Positions 1 through 15,500 of a stretch of 64,000 bases of DNA are shown one piece after another. Every line of letters starts with the position of its first letter. The stretch's first letter is position 1. The notes under the pieces are model-generated. The model worked only from the letters and a program-made list of their open reading frames with translations, made no database searches and had not been told where the DNA came from. A program made the translations under genes and the position numbers. Source of the DNA: Chrysomallon squamiferum (lineage: Eukaryota; Animalia; Mollusca); the NCBI GenBank assembly GCA_012295275.1, contig CM022679.1, positions 682,001 to 746,000 on the forward strand, written 5' to 3'.

Positions 1-998
1 TACATTTACGAATATTTCGAGTGTCGTACACGTATAAAACTTGCAAAAAATGTTAGGAAACAAAAGTAAAAATTATATCAATTATTCCTCACCAGTAATA
101 ATAACTACATAACTAAATATTTCAAATACATTATATGATTTAATAGTGTCAGTAGTTTTATATTGTGTGTTGTTATAAAAATTAATAGTTGTTCATATTA
201 TGTTATGTTTCTTTGACGTTTCAGTGTGATTAATAGAAGACCGGGTAAAGGGAGGTAACTGCAGAAAACAAAGTAATGTTTAGCAGCACGAAATAGTTTT
301 ACTGAACTGAATATTGAAATGTTTTAAAATAGACAGTCACGTAAAAAGGTTAAATTACAAATTTTCTACTCATTTCAAGTTATTTTTATTGTCAGTGTGT
401 GGTATGAACAATAAACTGTATAAACTTGAAAATAAATCTTCAGGGACACATTTAATTATTATCCCTACAGCTATTTGTTAATTATACATCATTACGTTTT
501 TAAGTCACGGATTCATTTATTAATAGACTCGACATATTACTTTCTTTTAATTTTTTTTTTTAAATTTCGATAAGGAATATTAAACATTATTTCATAATTA
601 CATGGAAAAAAAAAAGAAGAGAAAAAGAGATTTTAATTTCATTTCTAAACAGTAAAAGTCATTAACTGTACTTTGAATTCAAATGTGCTGTTTCGATTAC
701 ACAGCAAAAATGATGAAAGTAAAGAATGGCATGCTTCGTAAAAAGTACTGAATATCCCTAGATAATCAGCAATCATTTTATTATTATTGTTATTATTATT
801 ATTATTATTATGATTGTGATTATTATTATTATAATTATGAGTATGATTATTATTATTATTATTATTATTGTTATTATGATTATGATTATTATTATGATTA
901 TTATTATGATTATTATGATGATTATTATTATTATGATTATTATAATTATGATTATTATGATTATTATTATTATTATTATGATTATTATTATGATTATG

Positions 999-1031
<33 letters not shown>

Positions 1032-1138
1032 TGACGTTGTCTCGTTGCCTTTTTGTCTGGGTTCTGTCTAACATCAAGAATTTCGTCGATGCGGTTTTGC
1101 GGTTGCGAAAACATGTGTGACGTGTTTCCCCAACCACA

Positions 1139-1231
<93 letters not shown>

Positions 1232-1906
1232 CGAGGATAACAAATCTCCAGGGTCATTTTAATCACTGGTAACAGAAATAACAAAACATGAACATCATCG
1301 CTAGCACATTCTCCTAAAAGAGACAGAATAAACTCAAGTTATTACTGTAAGAAAACAAATCATTTACACTTGCGAGCTGTCAAAGTTTCTGCACGATTTC
1401 ATCTTTCTGTTATTATTTGTCGTATTTTATTTACTTATTTATTTATTCTTATTTTTATTTTTACTACCACTGTTTAATATATCTATTCATTTTTCTCATT
1501 TATTTTCTTCTTGTTTACGCTAAATATGGCGATGTTTTATTTGTTTTTATTACACTGACATTACTTTCGGTTAAACTGCAATCGATAATGATTTTTCATT
1601 ACCAAATACCGCCTGTTTCCGTTCTTTTTGTTATGGTTAAACATTTAATATTTCAAACTGGCACGTGATTATTTAATTCTTGTCCAGCTGTTGCATATTA
1701 ACTCTTTCGAATTACTCAACCGAATAACAGAGCTTCGTAATCATATTTCTATTTATATTACTACTACTACTACTAATATATATATATATATGTATGTATG
1801 TATGTATGTGTACGTGTGTGTGTGTGTGAAAAAATATTAAACATGACTGAAATTATATCCGGCTTTCAATTTCTTTTGTAATTTCATTATTTATTATTAT
1901 TATTAC

Positions 1907-2021
<115 letters not shown>

Positions 2022-2589
2022 TTACATTTGATTCAAATGATATACTATGCAAAACATTTTGCACGTTATTCATTTTTCATCATCATCATAATCGTCATGA
2101 CAACGGCTGCTGTGTATACGAAGAGAGATGTAGATTTAGGGAAGACCTGGTTACTTGCCAATGGTTGATTGGTTTTTCTCCATTCGACTTGAGCACGATA
2201 AAGTGACATCTTAAGACAGTAATATTCCTAAAAAACACAAAACTCATTGAAGTTAGCTGTTTTATTTCTGAACTCACCAGACTTGTTAACTGATGCGTAC
2301 TGATTCAGTTGTCACCTACACACAGAAACAAAATCGTTCTTAAACAACAGCAATCTATCTGAAACCTGTTTTCAAAAAGATCTTCTAAATACCTAAACCA
2401 GAAATTAAACACGAGATGTGTATTTGGCAAGATATGACAATGAATTTATATATTGCTGCTACTGTTGTTGTTAATTGTGTTAGACGTGTTGTACCTGTTG
2501 TCATTATTAGACAGAACGCTCAACATGTGACAGTCCAGAAAAAGAAATAAAATATACAAATATATTTACTTATAATTATTACTGTTATA

Positions 2590-2622
<33 letters not shown>

Positions 2623-2672
2623 GTTGTTGTTGTTGTTATTATTATTATTATTGTTACTATTATTAAAATTAA

Positions 2673-2705
<33 letters not shown>

Positions 2706-5324
2706 AATTAATATTATTAAAATTGTTAAAATTACTATTATTATTATTACTACTACTACTACTACTTCTATTAATATTAAAATTACTGTTACTATTATTA
2801 TTATTATTATTATTAAAATTATTGTTATTATTATTATTATTGTTATCACTGTTTTTGTTGTTATTTAAAGAGTATTTATTCATATAATATTTTCATAATA
2901 ACATTACTATTAATAAATAAAAAAGAAATTTTAATTATATATAACTTTAATAAAGATCACTAGGCATTTTAATTATGGTTAAATTTAAAATTATTATTTT
3001 GAATATGATTATAATTAAACTTGGTTTATTTTGTTGACAATGCTTTTGTTAACATTAATTATTCATAATCATAGAACTGACATTAACAATTTTCTTTCAT
3101 GATAATTTTTCTTTATTTTATTATTTTATTTTATTACTTTATTTATTTATTTATTTATTCATGTTCACTGTTGTAGCAGTAACAACAGAACCAATATTTT
3201 ATTTTATTTTATTATTTTATTTTATTTTATTTTTTTGTTTTTTCAGTTTTTTTTTTTTTAAATAATGAGCAATGATAATATAAATAAGTAAATATTTATA
3301 TTCTCGAGAAAAAAGTGAAAAAAAAAAAAAAAAAAGAAACATAATAGTAATAAATATATAAATAAATAAATCAACAATGATAATATAAATAAGTAAACAA
3401 TTATATTGTTGAGATATACGCTAAAAAAAAAAAATAATAGTAATAAATAATTTACTGGAAAGAATAATACTTATCATAATATTTGATAAACGAGTTTTTC
3501 TTGTAATCTCTTTTCTATATTTTCATTAACAACACTTCCATATAGGAGGTCACATTTTGTATTATTTAATGATATTTCTCGCATGATGAAACCATAGTGT
3601 TATGTATTATTATTTCTAAGAGGATTAAACACAATGTTATTATGATGATATTTCTGAGATGATTAAATGATAATATTATGAGATCTAACCTCCGAGATGA
3701 TTAAATCATTTTATTAAGTGATGATATTTCTTAGATCATCAAATGCTTCAGCAGTGTTACTGACTGTTATTTCTAGTATACAGGCTGTTACCGAATGACA
3801 TTAACAATAAGTTTTAGAATCACAAATGGGTGCTAAATCTATTTTCAGTGCACATACCTGTGGTTATCACAGTGTTAAAATACTGCTAATGTTTGTGTGT
3901 CAGAACCGTGTACTAAGACAGGGCTCGTACATCAGTACCTAAATAATTTGCTAACTCTTATATTGCTAACTCATCCAAAGCTTCAAGTTACAAACTGTTT
4001 AAAAACGCTGCTGCTTTCAAGATACATTTCAACCTAACAAAGACAAAAAACGGACACTCACTGTTACAGTTTAGAAAAACCACAATCTTCCTAGTGACAG
4101 AAAAACGTACAACTATAAAACAGAATACGTCTATTTGTAATAAATGAAATATTGGAGATACGTTTCATTATATAGCTACATGTATGTGTTTTAAGAATCT
4201 AAATCAAGTATTCATAAGTTTTATAATTTATTTAAGTCTAAAAAGACTTCGACTTGAGTGTAGTAAATTATCTTTGTTGTTATGATAATCTGTTTCAGAT
4301 TAGTTGGAAATCGATTATTACTTAGTTAAGAAGGTACCCATCTTAAGATATTTATCATAAGAAATTTTTAAACCTCATTGCCCATAAGAAATTTCTTTTT
4401 GAATCGCAAAGCTAGCACAAAGCAAAAGACGTTTAACAAAGTGAAGAAAGCAAAGACTAAAACAGTGTACATACTTTGTAGAGAAGAACTAATCCTCAAT
4501 GAAGCAGAGATAATAACAAAAACACAATTATACAAAAAAGAAGATATTGTGCACCAAAGTTAAATGGAAAGGCTAATTAGAATAAAAGATAGTAATAACT
4601 CATAGAATTCATTAAAAAAAAAATATATATATATAAAATAAAAAAATAGTTTGGGTTTTCTGAAAGACGGAGCCATGCAAAAAGCATTTTACAAGATTCA
4701 TTTACTGAAATCACTGCAGTTTGAGAAAGTGGTGTCCAGTTCAGTGACCACACAGGTAATACTTATACAGACAAGTACTTATACATACAGACAAGTACTT
4801 ATACAGACAAGTACTTATTGTTCAACTACAAGTGAGACGTCACGGGTGAGAATGATGGGTAGAAAGAAGATACGAATGTGCACGAACACACAAGTCAGCA
4901 AGTGTCTGTAGTAGTTATTTGTAACCAAAATTTAACGTAATATATGTGTCTGTGTGTATATGTACATACATACATACATACGTACGTACGTACATACATA
5001 CACATATATTTATATCTATGTATGTATATATTTATATATGTGTGAGTGTGTGTGTCTGTGTGTGTGTGTTATAGACAGATATGTTCTGTCTTTATTTGGA
5101 ATGTTACTGTGCTAACTTTATCCATTCACTGTTAAACTGCTGACAAACAAACCTTTGGCGAAACGAAACTTTGCATTGTTCCAATAAGAAAACATTCAAA
5201 TTACAGAACCTCTGTGTTACTAATTCCTCGTTTGCTTACAGATCCTTTGAGACAACGAAAATTTGGGCTAATGAACCATCAGAATATTGAATATTCGATT
5301 TAGCGAACCAACGAATTTTCGATC

Positions 5325-5920
5325 CAATTAATTATACATGTGTTCATACATACAATTAATTATACACGTATACATACATACACTTAATTACACACGTGTA
5401 CATACATACAACTAATTACATACACGTGTACATACATACAATTAATTATACACGTGTACATACATACACTTAATTACACACGTGTACATACATACAATTA
5501 ATTATACACGTGTACATACATACAATTAATTATACACGTATACATACATACACTTAATTACACACGTGTACATACATACAATTAATTACACACGTGTACA
5601 TTCATACACTTAATTACACACGTGTACATACATACACTTAATTACACACGTGTACATACATACACTTAATTACACACGTGTACATACATACACTTAATTA
5701 CACACGTGTACATTCATACACTTAATTACACACGTGTACATACATACAATTAATTATACACGTGTACATACATACAATTAATTATACACGTGTACATACA
5801 TACAATTAATTATACACGTGTACATACATACACTTAATTATACACGTGTACATACATACAATTAATTATACACGTGTACATACATACAATTAATTATACA
5901 CGTGTACATACCTACACTTA
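5325..5920. repeat. ~27-28-bp minisatellite (CACGTGTACATACATACAATTAATTATA)n
   Basis: About 20 tandem copies read directly. Confidence 0.95.
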
Positions 5921-7011
5921 CGGATCTACGTCCAGTGAATCTTTGTCTGCTAATTGTTTTCGTTGTTCATTCCTCTAATACAGATCTTACGGACTAATGA
6001 ATATTCGGAAAATGACTCTTTGGACAAATGAATGCTGGAACCAGTGAATATCTAACCTGTTAAAACTTGTCGCTGTTGATTCTTTAAATATAGATCTAAC
6101 GGAGCAATGGGACTAAGGAACTTTTGTACAGATGGACATTCGGCATTCCGACCAGCGAATCGTTCAGACAATTAAATGATATCGCTGTTAGTTTTTTAAT
6201 TACTGAACTTAAAGATTAACGAATTTTTGGACAAATGAACCGTTTGACATTTGACTTAAGACTTTTTAAGTGCGTTAACCGGCTGAAACAAAAGCAGATC
6301 TGGAAGTGATCGAGATTATCAATAAAACGTCTTCCAGTATAATTGTCTTACCTACACACATGGTTCATTGCTTACGTTCAGTATTGAGTACCGCAGAACT
6401 TTATTACGTCTACGTTATAAACCTTTCAGATAATCATATTAGCTGCCTTTGAGAAAAGCAATAACACATTGATAAATTTCAGTTGTAATAGTAATATAGC
6501 CATCTGCCATACGCAACAGACTTACTATTAATAACACTTTTCTACATAAAGCAACACGACCTTCAGGAAAATCTACGACGACGGCCCAGTCGCATCGCAA
6601 CCACGAGCACGCTGCGGTATTCAGCAACGTCGTGTCTGTCCGCATCTACGTGAACGTGCGGTAACCGCGCGGACACTGTCGTCACTGTCACAGAAACCAC
6701 TGAAAACTGTGTTCACTTTTCTAAAGACAAAATATAAAACATGAAGAAAAACTCAGGCTGTTTGTATACATATTTATATATATACACATACACGCTACTA
6801 AACAGACACCTATACATACGTACACACAAAAACATAATTATATATATACAAACTGTAAAGAAGCACATTTTAACTCATACAGTTTTTGTTATGAATTGAC
6901 CGGGCTTCATTGAGGTGTCTAACGCATGCGGAAAAACTCTGCGGATTAAATCATCCCTGACGTAAGAGTCAGAAAATACGTCATCAGTTCAGCTTGGTCT
7001 GAAGATTTCTT

Positions 7012-7100
7012 CCGAAATCATCGCAGAACGAGAACTGAACCGAAATCATCGCAGAACGAGGACTGAACCGAAATCATCGCAGAACGAGGACTGAACCGAA
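7012..7100. repeat. 28-bp tandem repeat x3 (CCGAAATCATCGCAGAACGAGGACTGAA)
   Basis: Directly visible. Confidence 0.9.
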
Positions 7101-8925
7101 TTGTGAAAATCTTCCGTGGACACGTAGTAAAACTTGCAGAAGGTTTTGTTAAAAGTTTGGTACTTGTCAGTCGCTGTGACGATTAAAACCTGTTGTCTGC
7201 ATTTGAACCACGTGACTAGAAAAAGAGGCTTCTGAAGCATTCATAAATTTTATAAATTGTTTAACTCTAAGAAAAACTTCAGTTCTTAAAAAACTTTCTA
7301 TTTTCTGTAATCTAATCATGAAGTTTTTCAAACCTTCTGGCTGAGATATAGAAACATTGTGTATGTTGTTATTATTATGTACATTATCGTAAACCCGCTG
7401 TCTTGTCATGCTTGTTGTAATTGTTACAATTAAATTTTTTATGAATGTATCCTCATATGTCGTAGACTACGGCCTGAGTGCAAATAAAAGTTCAGTCAGC
7501 TGATCAAGTGTCGCATTTTAACATAACAACTTACTGTCCCATACTGTAACCATTAAAACTGCAGAAACTGAAAAGGTAGGCTAGAATAAAACTTTCACTT
7601 ACATTTGACTGCGGAAGTCTACAGAAAGATTTCAGTAGAAAATAAATTAAACACAACGGAAATGGTAAAAATATCCTCACTGAGTTATTTACCCCAAAAC
7701 TGTTTAAAAGGCGAAATGAAGAAGTTTATGAGTCACTGAAGAGAATAATGGAAATACACTGCAGTGTTTGAAAGCAACAAAAAGGTGCTTATTGTTTTAA
7801 AACAAAAAACAATGAAGACACATACACACATATACATAGATTCATAGCTATCTCGCATACACATAATAAATACAAAGATACTGATTTTTCTTTATTTCTT
7901 TCTTTCAATTGTAAAAATATATTTGTTATAAATTTTAAATCACATAATTGCCGCACGTTTTCCGCACGTGTTCCGCACGTGTTCCGCAGTCCGGCTCTGC
8001 GGACAGAGGAAGGGCAGACGTGGCGGGTTGGCTGAGGGTTGGTGTGGACGAGCCGAGACGTGCACACAGCTCAATAAAGTAAACAACATGCACGCAAGCA
8101 AACCAATAAAAATACAGAAATTACCAACGCCTTGTCAAGCTGTTTTGTTGAAATTAATTATTATTTGATTGATTTCTGGTTTGTAAGTGTATGACTGCGG
8201 ATATATAACGTGCGCAAGATAGGTACAACTTCACTTATACACGAACTTTCACAGAAAGCAGAAACTTCGTCGCAAGAGGAAAGGTAATTTAACTTTAATT
8301 TCATATTTTATCATAAAATTTAGTTTGTTTCTTAGTTTGCATATTTTTAATTACTGAAGATAATGTATAATAATAATTATTATAAAAAAATACTTTTTTT
8401 CAGTAACGCCTCTCAGTTATTGGTTTAGTTACTCTGTGAGGAGCATTTCATGTTTCAGAGAAATCTGTTTTAGACAGGATAACACAACCAGTACTGGAAA
8501 TGCTGTACTTATTAATAATATTTCTTTTACTAAAACAAATATTACTATTTCTACTACTAATAGTACTACTTTACGATTACTGGTACTATTAATACTACAA
8601 CTACTATTTGTATTACAATTATTACTATTAGTACCATTACTAGAACTGCTAATATTGCTACTACTGCTACTACTACTACTATTATTACAGTGACGCTGCT
8701 ACTACTGCTATTACCACTAACTACTATTACTACTACAATAACAACAATAGCAAACTAACAAAATAAATAAGCAAACAAACAAAACAAACAAAACAAACAA
8801 TCAAACAAACAAACAAACAAACAAACAAACAAACAAACAAACAAACAAACAAACAAACGAATAAGTAAATAAACAAACAAATAAATAAATAATATCTTGT
8901 TTTCTTTTTGTAGCTTTTGTTCAGA

Positions 8926-9345
8926 ATGTTCACTTTGATTACTGTTGTATCAGTCGCATTCCTGCTGCTTGTCCAGCCGTCTCAACGTACGTGTGTGCAA
9001 CCACGTTTTAATTTCTTTAAAATTTGTCGATAAATACTGTTAGAGAATTCTGAAGTTCTGTCATTTCTTTTGTTTCAGACTGAATGATGTTAAAGATGAA
9101 TCACAAATAAATTTAGGAAAATCGTCTGTACTATAAAGCGATTGTTATATTTGTTTCTTAATTGTGTGCGTTTTTAAAGATAAAGCTTTCCTAATAACAA
9201 ATGTTAACAGGTTCATTTTTTTGCTGATTGTTCTGTTTGCTTATATTGCTCATCAGTTAGGTAAAATTAATTAATTAATTAATTTATTTATTTTTTATTT
9301 GTTTTAATTTATTTATCAATGTATTTTATTTTATTTTATTTTATT

Positions 9346-9384
<39 letters not shown>

Positions 9385-9536
9385 TCTTACAGAGGCGCGG
9401 GACTGTGACTATCAAAAAAAGCATTATACCCATAACCAGGTATTCACAACTGATTCAAGCGGACCATGTATTAAATACAGGTGCACTGACGGAAGCGTGA
9501 AAATTGAAAGTCTAGGTGAGTTTAAGAAGTCATTAA

Positions 9537-9626
<90 letters not shown>

Positions 9627-9916
9627 TAAACGGTCTGTTAATGACAGTTTGGGGATCATTCGATCTATTCTCATCAACGTATACGTAGAACTGATATGCC
9701 GAGGGATGATTGTACTTTCCTGACTTAACAGGATATTTTCCTAAGTAATTACCAGACAAACAAACGGTATTTTAGTGTATTTGTTTGTGCTTACTGTTAA
9801 CGTATTTGTTTTCAGCTTGCCAGGACGGTGGCAACTGCGTTCCATTCGGCACAAAGAAAACCACGAAGTGCGGCCAGAACGCAAGCGGGCAAATTGGATT
9901 CTTTCCCGTTGCTTAG
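8926..9916 (+). CDS. Gene A: secreted Cys-rich protein, short 2-module form (~94 aa, 6 Cys); coding exons 8926-8986, 9393-9515, 9816-9916
   Basis: Spliced by hand with GT-AG phase-1 introns: MFTLITVVSVAFLLLVQPSQ/QARDCDYQKKHYTHNQVFTTDSSGPCIKYRCTDGSVKIESL/ACQDGGNCVPFGTKKTTKCGQNASGQIGFFPVA*. Hydrophobic signal peptide; exon 2 is 123 nt as in genes B and E. Probable non-coding exons at ~8230-8283 (after a TATA-like TATATAA at ~8202) and from 10438 (AATAAA at 10524). Confidence 0.88.
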
Positions 9917-9928
9917 ACTCTGTGAGTT

Positions 9929-10052
9929 AGCAAAGTGTGACAGCAAGGTGTGACAGCAAAGTGTGACAGCAAAGTGTGACAGCAAACTGTGACAGCAAAG
10001 TGTGACAGCAAACTGTGACAGCAAACTGTGACAGCAAAGTGTGACAGCAAAC
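9929..10052. repeat. 13-bp tandem repeat (GTGACAGCAAAGT)n immediately after the gene A exon-3 donor
   Basis: About 9 copies, directly visible. Confidence 0.9.
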
Positions 10053-10884
10053 TTCACAGTCTACTCTCGCTTTCCTCACCCTCTTTAACGAGTAGTATTC
10101 AAATGTGTTTGTCACAGGATGGATTAGATCTGTAGTAGCGGCGTCAAGAGATGGCTTTATCAATTAACTATGAAGTATTTAAACTAAAAAAAATATATTT
10201 TAACTTCTTTTACAAGCACAGCAGCCTCTGTTTTGTAAAAATCTTTGTGTGTAGTTTCTTCAACACACAGTTCTTATCAGCGTTTAGTTTTAGTATTAGT
10301 TTTTAGTATTGCTGTCTTCTTCTTCTTTTACTACTTCTTCTTCTTCTTTTTCTTGTTATTGTTGTTGTTATTATTATTATTACATTTCTATATCTATGTA
10401 TTTATTAATTTGTAATTCTATTTTTTTTTCTTTTCAGGATACTGAATTAAACTGTTATAAAGGCAAAAATGCAAAGACATGAAGCCAGATTTCTACAGTT
10501 TCCATCCGAAATGTTCTTGGCATAATAAACTTTACATTTACAATTTTAGTCTGTGTGCTTTTTTTTTTCTTCTGTGTGTGCGTGTGTGGATAAAGAAATA
10601 AAATTTACGAATAATCTGCCCCAGTCGCCAGAAGTGAGCTATAAACTCTTCACGTTAATCCCACTTTACATTTGTTTCTTTTCAAAACAAAATAATATTC
10701 AGTGTGAGATTGTTCCCAGATCAGTTTATAGATTTCAGTCACACGCTGTTCTGTGTTATTCGTTCCATACATGAAACGTTTCATACACATGCACGTACAT
10801 ACACACGTACACACACATATACACGTATACACAGATACACGTACACGTAATACACAAACACATATAAATACACAAACATACATC

Positions 10885-10980
10885 GGTTACTGAGCAACTT
10901 GTTGTAAGGTTGTCTCGAGGGGCCAGAGTAGTTTTGTCGCGGAGATGGACGTCACACGTTCAAATCTCGCTAGGTCGTGA
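10885..10980 (+). mobile_element. Degenerate, truncated copy of the same SINE
   Basis: GGTTGTCTCGA matches the 5' end of the 56236 copy, GTTCAAATCTCG resembles the B-box region, and it is preceded by GGTTACTGAGCA as at 27644. Confidence 0.4.
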
Positions 10981-11342
10981 TCAGAGTTCAGTGAACAAAC
11001 AAACTAAAACTGCGATTTAAAACAACACATAAAGTGAACAGTCGTGTTAGCAGTTTATTACAAGTCGAGTTTTACAGAGAAATCTTTGTAAAACAGGTTT
11101 CACGTTTTCACGTTTCTGCTTGCTCAGCGTTCTGAAAAACAGAACATTTAATTAAATAAACAGTGCAGAATACAAATCTACAAATAACAAACAACAAATA
11201 AATAAATATATAAATAAATGAAATACAAAATAATAATGGTGATAATGATATTAGCAATAAGAAAAACAACAACAACAGCAATAATAATAATGATAATAAT
11301 AATAACAACAACAATAATAATAATAATTATTATAATAATAAC

Positions 11343-11407
<65 letters not shown>

Positions 11408-11532
11408 CAATAATAAGGAAGTACAGATTTCCTGTGATAATGTAAATTAGTTAAACCTGTCTTTGTTCACAGTTTTATTGAGAACCATCTGTTCGTCTGT
11501 GTGTTCATTAACACGTCTATTAGTAAAGGTTT

Positions 11533-12065
11533 TTACAAGAGGATGTTTGCTAAAATACTGTAATTAAGTTCTCTACGTTTTCGTTTTAGTGTGCGTGTTC
11601 CTGTGTGTGTGTGTATATGAATGTATGTGTGCATGTGTGTACTGAATGTGTATGAATATGTGTGGATGAATGAGTATGTATATGTGTGTATGTATGTCTG
11701 TATGTATGTGTGTATGTGTGTATGTATGTCTCTATGTATATGTGTGTATTGAATGTTTATGTATCTGCGTATGTATGTGTTATGTGTGTATGTGTGTATG
11801 TCTGTGTGAATGTCTGTGTGTATATATGTGTGTATGGATATGGATGTATGTGTGTATGTCTGTGTATATATGTGTGTATGTATGTGTGTATGTATGTGTG
11901 TATGTATGTATGTAGGTGTGTATGTATGTATGTATGTATGTGTGTGTATGTATGTGTGTATATATGTGTTATGTATGTATGTGTGTATGTATGTGTATGT
12001 ATGTGTGTATGTGTGTATGTATGTGTGTATGTGTGCATGTATGTATGTATGTATGTGTGTATGTA

Positions 12066-12098
<33 letters not shown>

Positions 12099-12508
12099 GT
12101 AAGTGTGTATGTATGTGTCTATGTGTGTATGTATGTATGTATGTGTGTGTGTGTATGTATGTATGTATGTATGTATGTATGTGTGTGTGTGTGTGTATGT
12201 GTGTGTATGTGTGTATGTGTGTGTATGTAAGTATGTGTGTATGTATGTGTGTGTATGTGTGTATGTATGTGTGTGTATGGGTGTATGTATGTGTGTATGT
12301 GTGTGTGTGTATGTATGTGTGTAAGCATGTGTGTATGTATGTGTGTGTATGTATGTGTGTATGTGTGTGTGTACGTGAGTGTGTGTATGTGTGTATGTGT
12401 GTGTGTATGTGTGTATGTGTGTATATGTATGTATGTGTGTAAGCATGTGTGTATGTATGTATGTATGTATGTGTGTATGTGTATGTATGTGTGTGTGTGT
12501 GTGTATGT

Positions 12509-12549
<41 letters not shown>

Positions 12550-15500
12550 TATGTGTGTATGTATGTGTGTATGTGTGTGCAGTGATACGTACACGTTACA
12601 GGGTGGAACCCGACCACGCCGTGTCTGTCCCGTCCACACTGAGATACTTGCTTAGCACCCAGCGGCAGACACACCCCGTTCATGTAACAGCCTGAAACAC
12701 AGAAACACAGCATGTGTATCTTTAGTATCACAGACATTCTACATGTGTATCTTTAGTATCACAGACATTCTACATGTGTATCTTTAGTATCACAGACATT
12801 CTACAATCTGTGTATCTTTAGTATCATAGCATTCTACAGTCTGTGTATCTTTAGTATCACAGACATTCTACAACCTATGTGTATCTTTAGTATCAGAGAC
12901 ATTCTACAGTCTGTGTATCTTTAGTATCACAGACATTCTACAGTCTACCTGTATCTTTAGTATCAGACATTCTACATGTGTATCTTTAGTATCACAGACA
13001 TTTTACATGTGTATCTTTAGTATCACAGACATTTTACATGTGTATCTTTAGTATCACAGACATTTTACATGTGTATCTTTAGTATCACAGACATTCTACA
13101 TATGTATCTTTAGTATCACAGACATTTTACATGTGTAGCTTTAGTATAACAGACATTCTACATGTGTATCTTTAGTATCCTAGCATTCTACAGTCTGTGT
13201 ATCTTTATTATCACAGACATTCTACATGTGTATCTTTAGTATCACAGACATTCTACAATCTATGTGTATCTTTAGTATCATAGCATTCTACAGTCTGTGT
13301 ATCTTTAGTATCACAGACATTCTACAATCTATGTGTCTCTTTAGTATCATAGACATTCTACAGTCTATGTATCTTTAGTATCACAGACATTCTACAGTCT
13401 ACCTGTATCTTTAGTATCAGACATTCTACATGTGTATCTTTAGTATCACAGACATTTTACATGTGTATCTTTAGTATCAGACATTCTACATGTGTATCTT
13501 TAGTATCACAGACATTCTACAGTCTGTGTATCTTTAGTATCACAGACATTCTACAGTTTATGTGTATCTTTAGTATCACAGACATTCTACAGTCTACCTG
13601 TATCTTTAGTATCACAGACATTCTACAGTCTGTGTATCTTTAGTATCACAGACATTCTACATGTGTATCTTTAGTATCACAGACATTGTACAATCTATGT
13701 GTATCTTTAGTATCATAGCATTCTACAGTCTGTGTATCTTTAGTATCACAGACATTCTACAGTTTATGTGTATCTTTAGTATCACAGACATTCTACAGTC
13801 TATGTGTATCTTTAGTATCACAGACATTCTACAGTCTATGTGTATCTTTAGTATCACAGACATTCTACAGTCTCTGTGTATCTTTAGTATCACAGACATT
13901 CTACAGTCTGTGTATCTTTAGTATCACAGACATTGTACATGTGTATCTTTAGTATCACAGACATTGTACAATCTATGTGTATCTTTAGTATCATAGCATT
14001 CTACAGTCTGTGTATCTTTAGTATCACAGACATTCTACAGTTTATGTGTATCTTTAGTATCACAGACATTCTACAGTGTATGTATATCTTTAGTATCACA
14101 GACATTCTACAGTTTATGTCTATCTTTAGTATCACAGACATTCTACAGTCTGTGTATCTTTAGTATCACAGACATTCTACAGTCTGTGTATCTTTAGTAT
14201 CACAGACATTCTACAGTCTACCTGTATCTTTAGTATCAGACATTCTACATGTGTATCTTTAGTATCACAGACATTCTACATGTGTATCTTTAGTATCACA
14301 GACATTCTACATGTGTATCTTTAGTATCACAGACATTTTACATGTGTATCTTTAGTATCACAGACATTCTACATGTGTATCTTTAGTATCACAGACATTC
14401 TACAGTTTATGTGTATCTTTAGTATCATAGCATTCTACAGTCTGTGTATCTTTAGTATCACAGACATTCTACAGTTTATGTGTATCTTTAGTATCATAGA
14501 CATTCTACAGTCTGTGTATCTTTAGTATCACAGACATTCTACAGTCTACCTGTATCTTTAGTATCAGACATTCTACATGTGTATCTTTAGTATCACAGAC
14601 ATTTTACATGTGTATCTTTAGTATCAGACATTCTACATGTGTATCTTTAGTATCACAGACATTCTACAGTCTGTGTATCTTTAGTATCACAGACATTCTA
14701 CAGTTTATGTGTATCTTTAGTATCACAGACATTCTACAGTCTACCTGTATCTTTAGTATCACAGACATTCTACAGTCTGTGTATCTTTAGTATCACAGAC
14801 ATTCTACATGTGTATCTTTAGTATCACAGACATTGTACAATCTATGTGTATCTTTAGTATCATAGCATTCTACAGTCTGTGTATCTTTAGTATCACAGAC
14901 ATTCTACAGTTTATGTGTATCTTTAGTATCACAGACATTCTACAGTCTATGTGTATCTTTAGTATCACAGACATTCTACAGTCTATGTGTATCTTTAGTA
15001 TCACAGACATTCTACAGTCTGTGTATCTTTAGTATCACAGACATTCTACATTTTATGTGTATCTTTAGTATCACAGACATTCTACAGTCTATGTGTATCT
15101 TTAGTATCACAGACAATCTACAGTCTATGTGTATCTTTAGTCTCACAGACATTCTACAGTCTGTGTATCTTTAGTATCACAGACATTCTACAGTTTATGT
15201 GTATCTTTAGTATCACAGACATTCTACAGTGTATGTGTATCTTTAGTATCACAGACATTCTACAGTTTATGTCTATCTTTAGTATCACAGACATTCTACA
15301 GTCTGTGTATCTTTAGTATCACAGACATTCTACAGTCTACCTGTATCTTTAGTATCAGACATTCTACATGTGTATCTTTAGTATCACAGACATTCTACAT
15401 GTGTATCTTTAGTATCACAGACATTTTACATGTGTATCTTTAGTATCAGACATTCTACATGTGTATCTTTAATATCACAGACATTCTACATGTGTATCTT

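Noticed and set aside
773-1284. Long poly-Ile/Leu/Asn/Tyr ORFs here and throughout the window
   Set aside because: Translations of (ATT)n, (AAC)n and similar microsatellites; no coding signal.
11533-12737. 368-aa and 326-aa His/Thr-rich ORFs that look like metal-binding proteins
   Set aside because: Read-through of a (CA)/(TACA) microsatellite intron; only 12691-12593 and 11549-11533 are real gene B exons.
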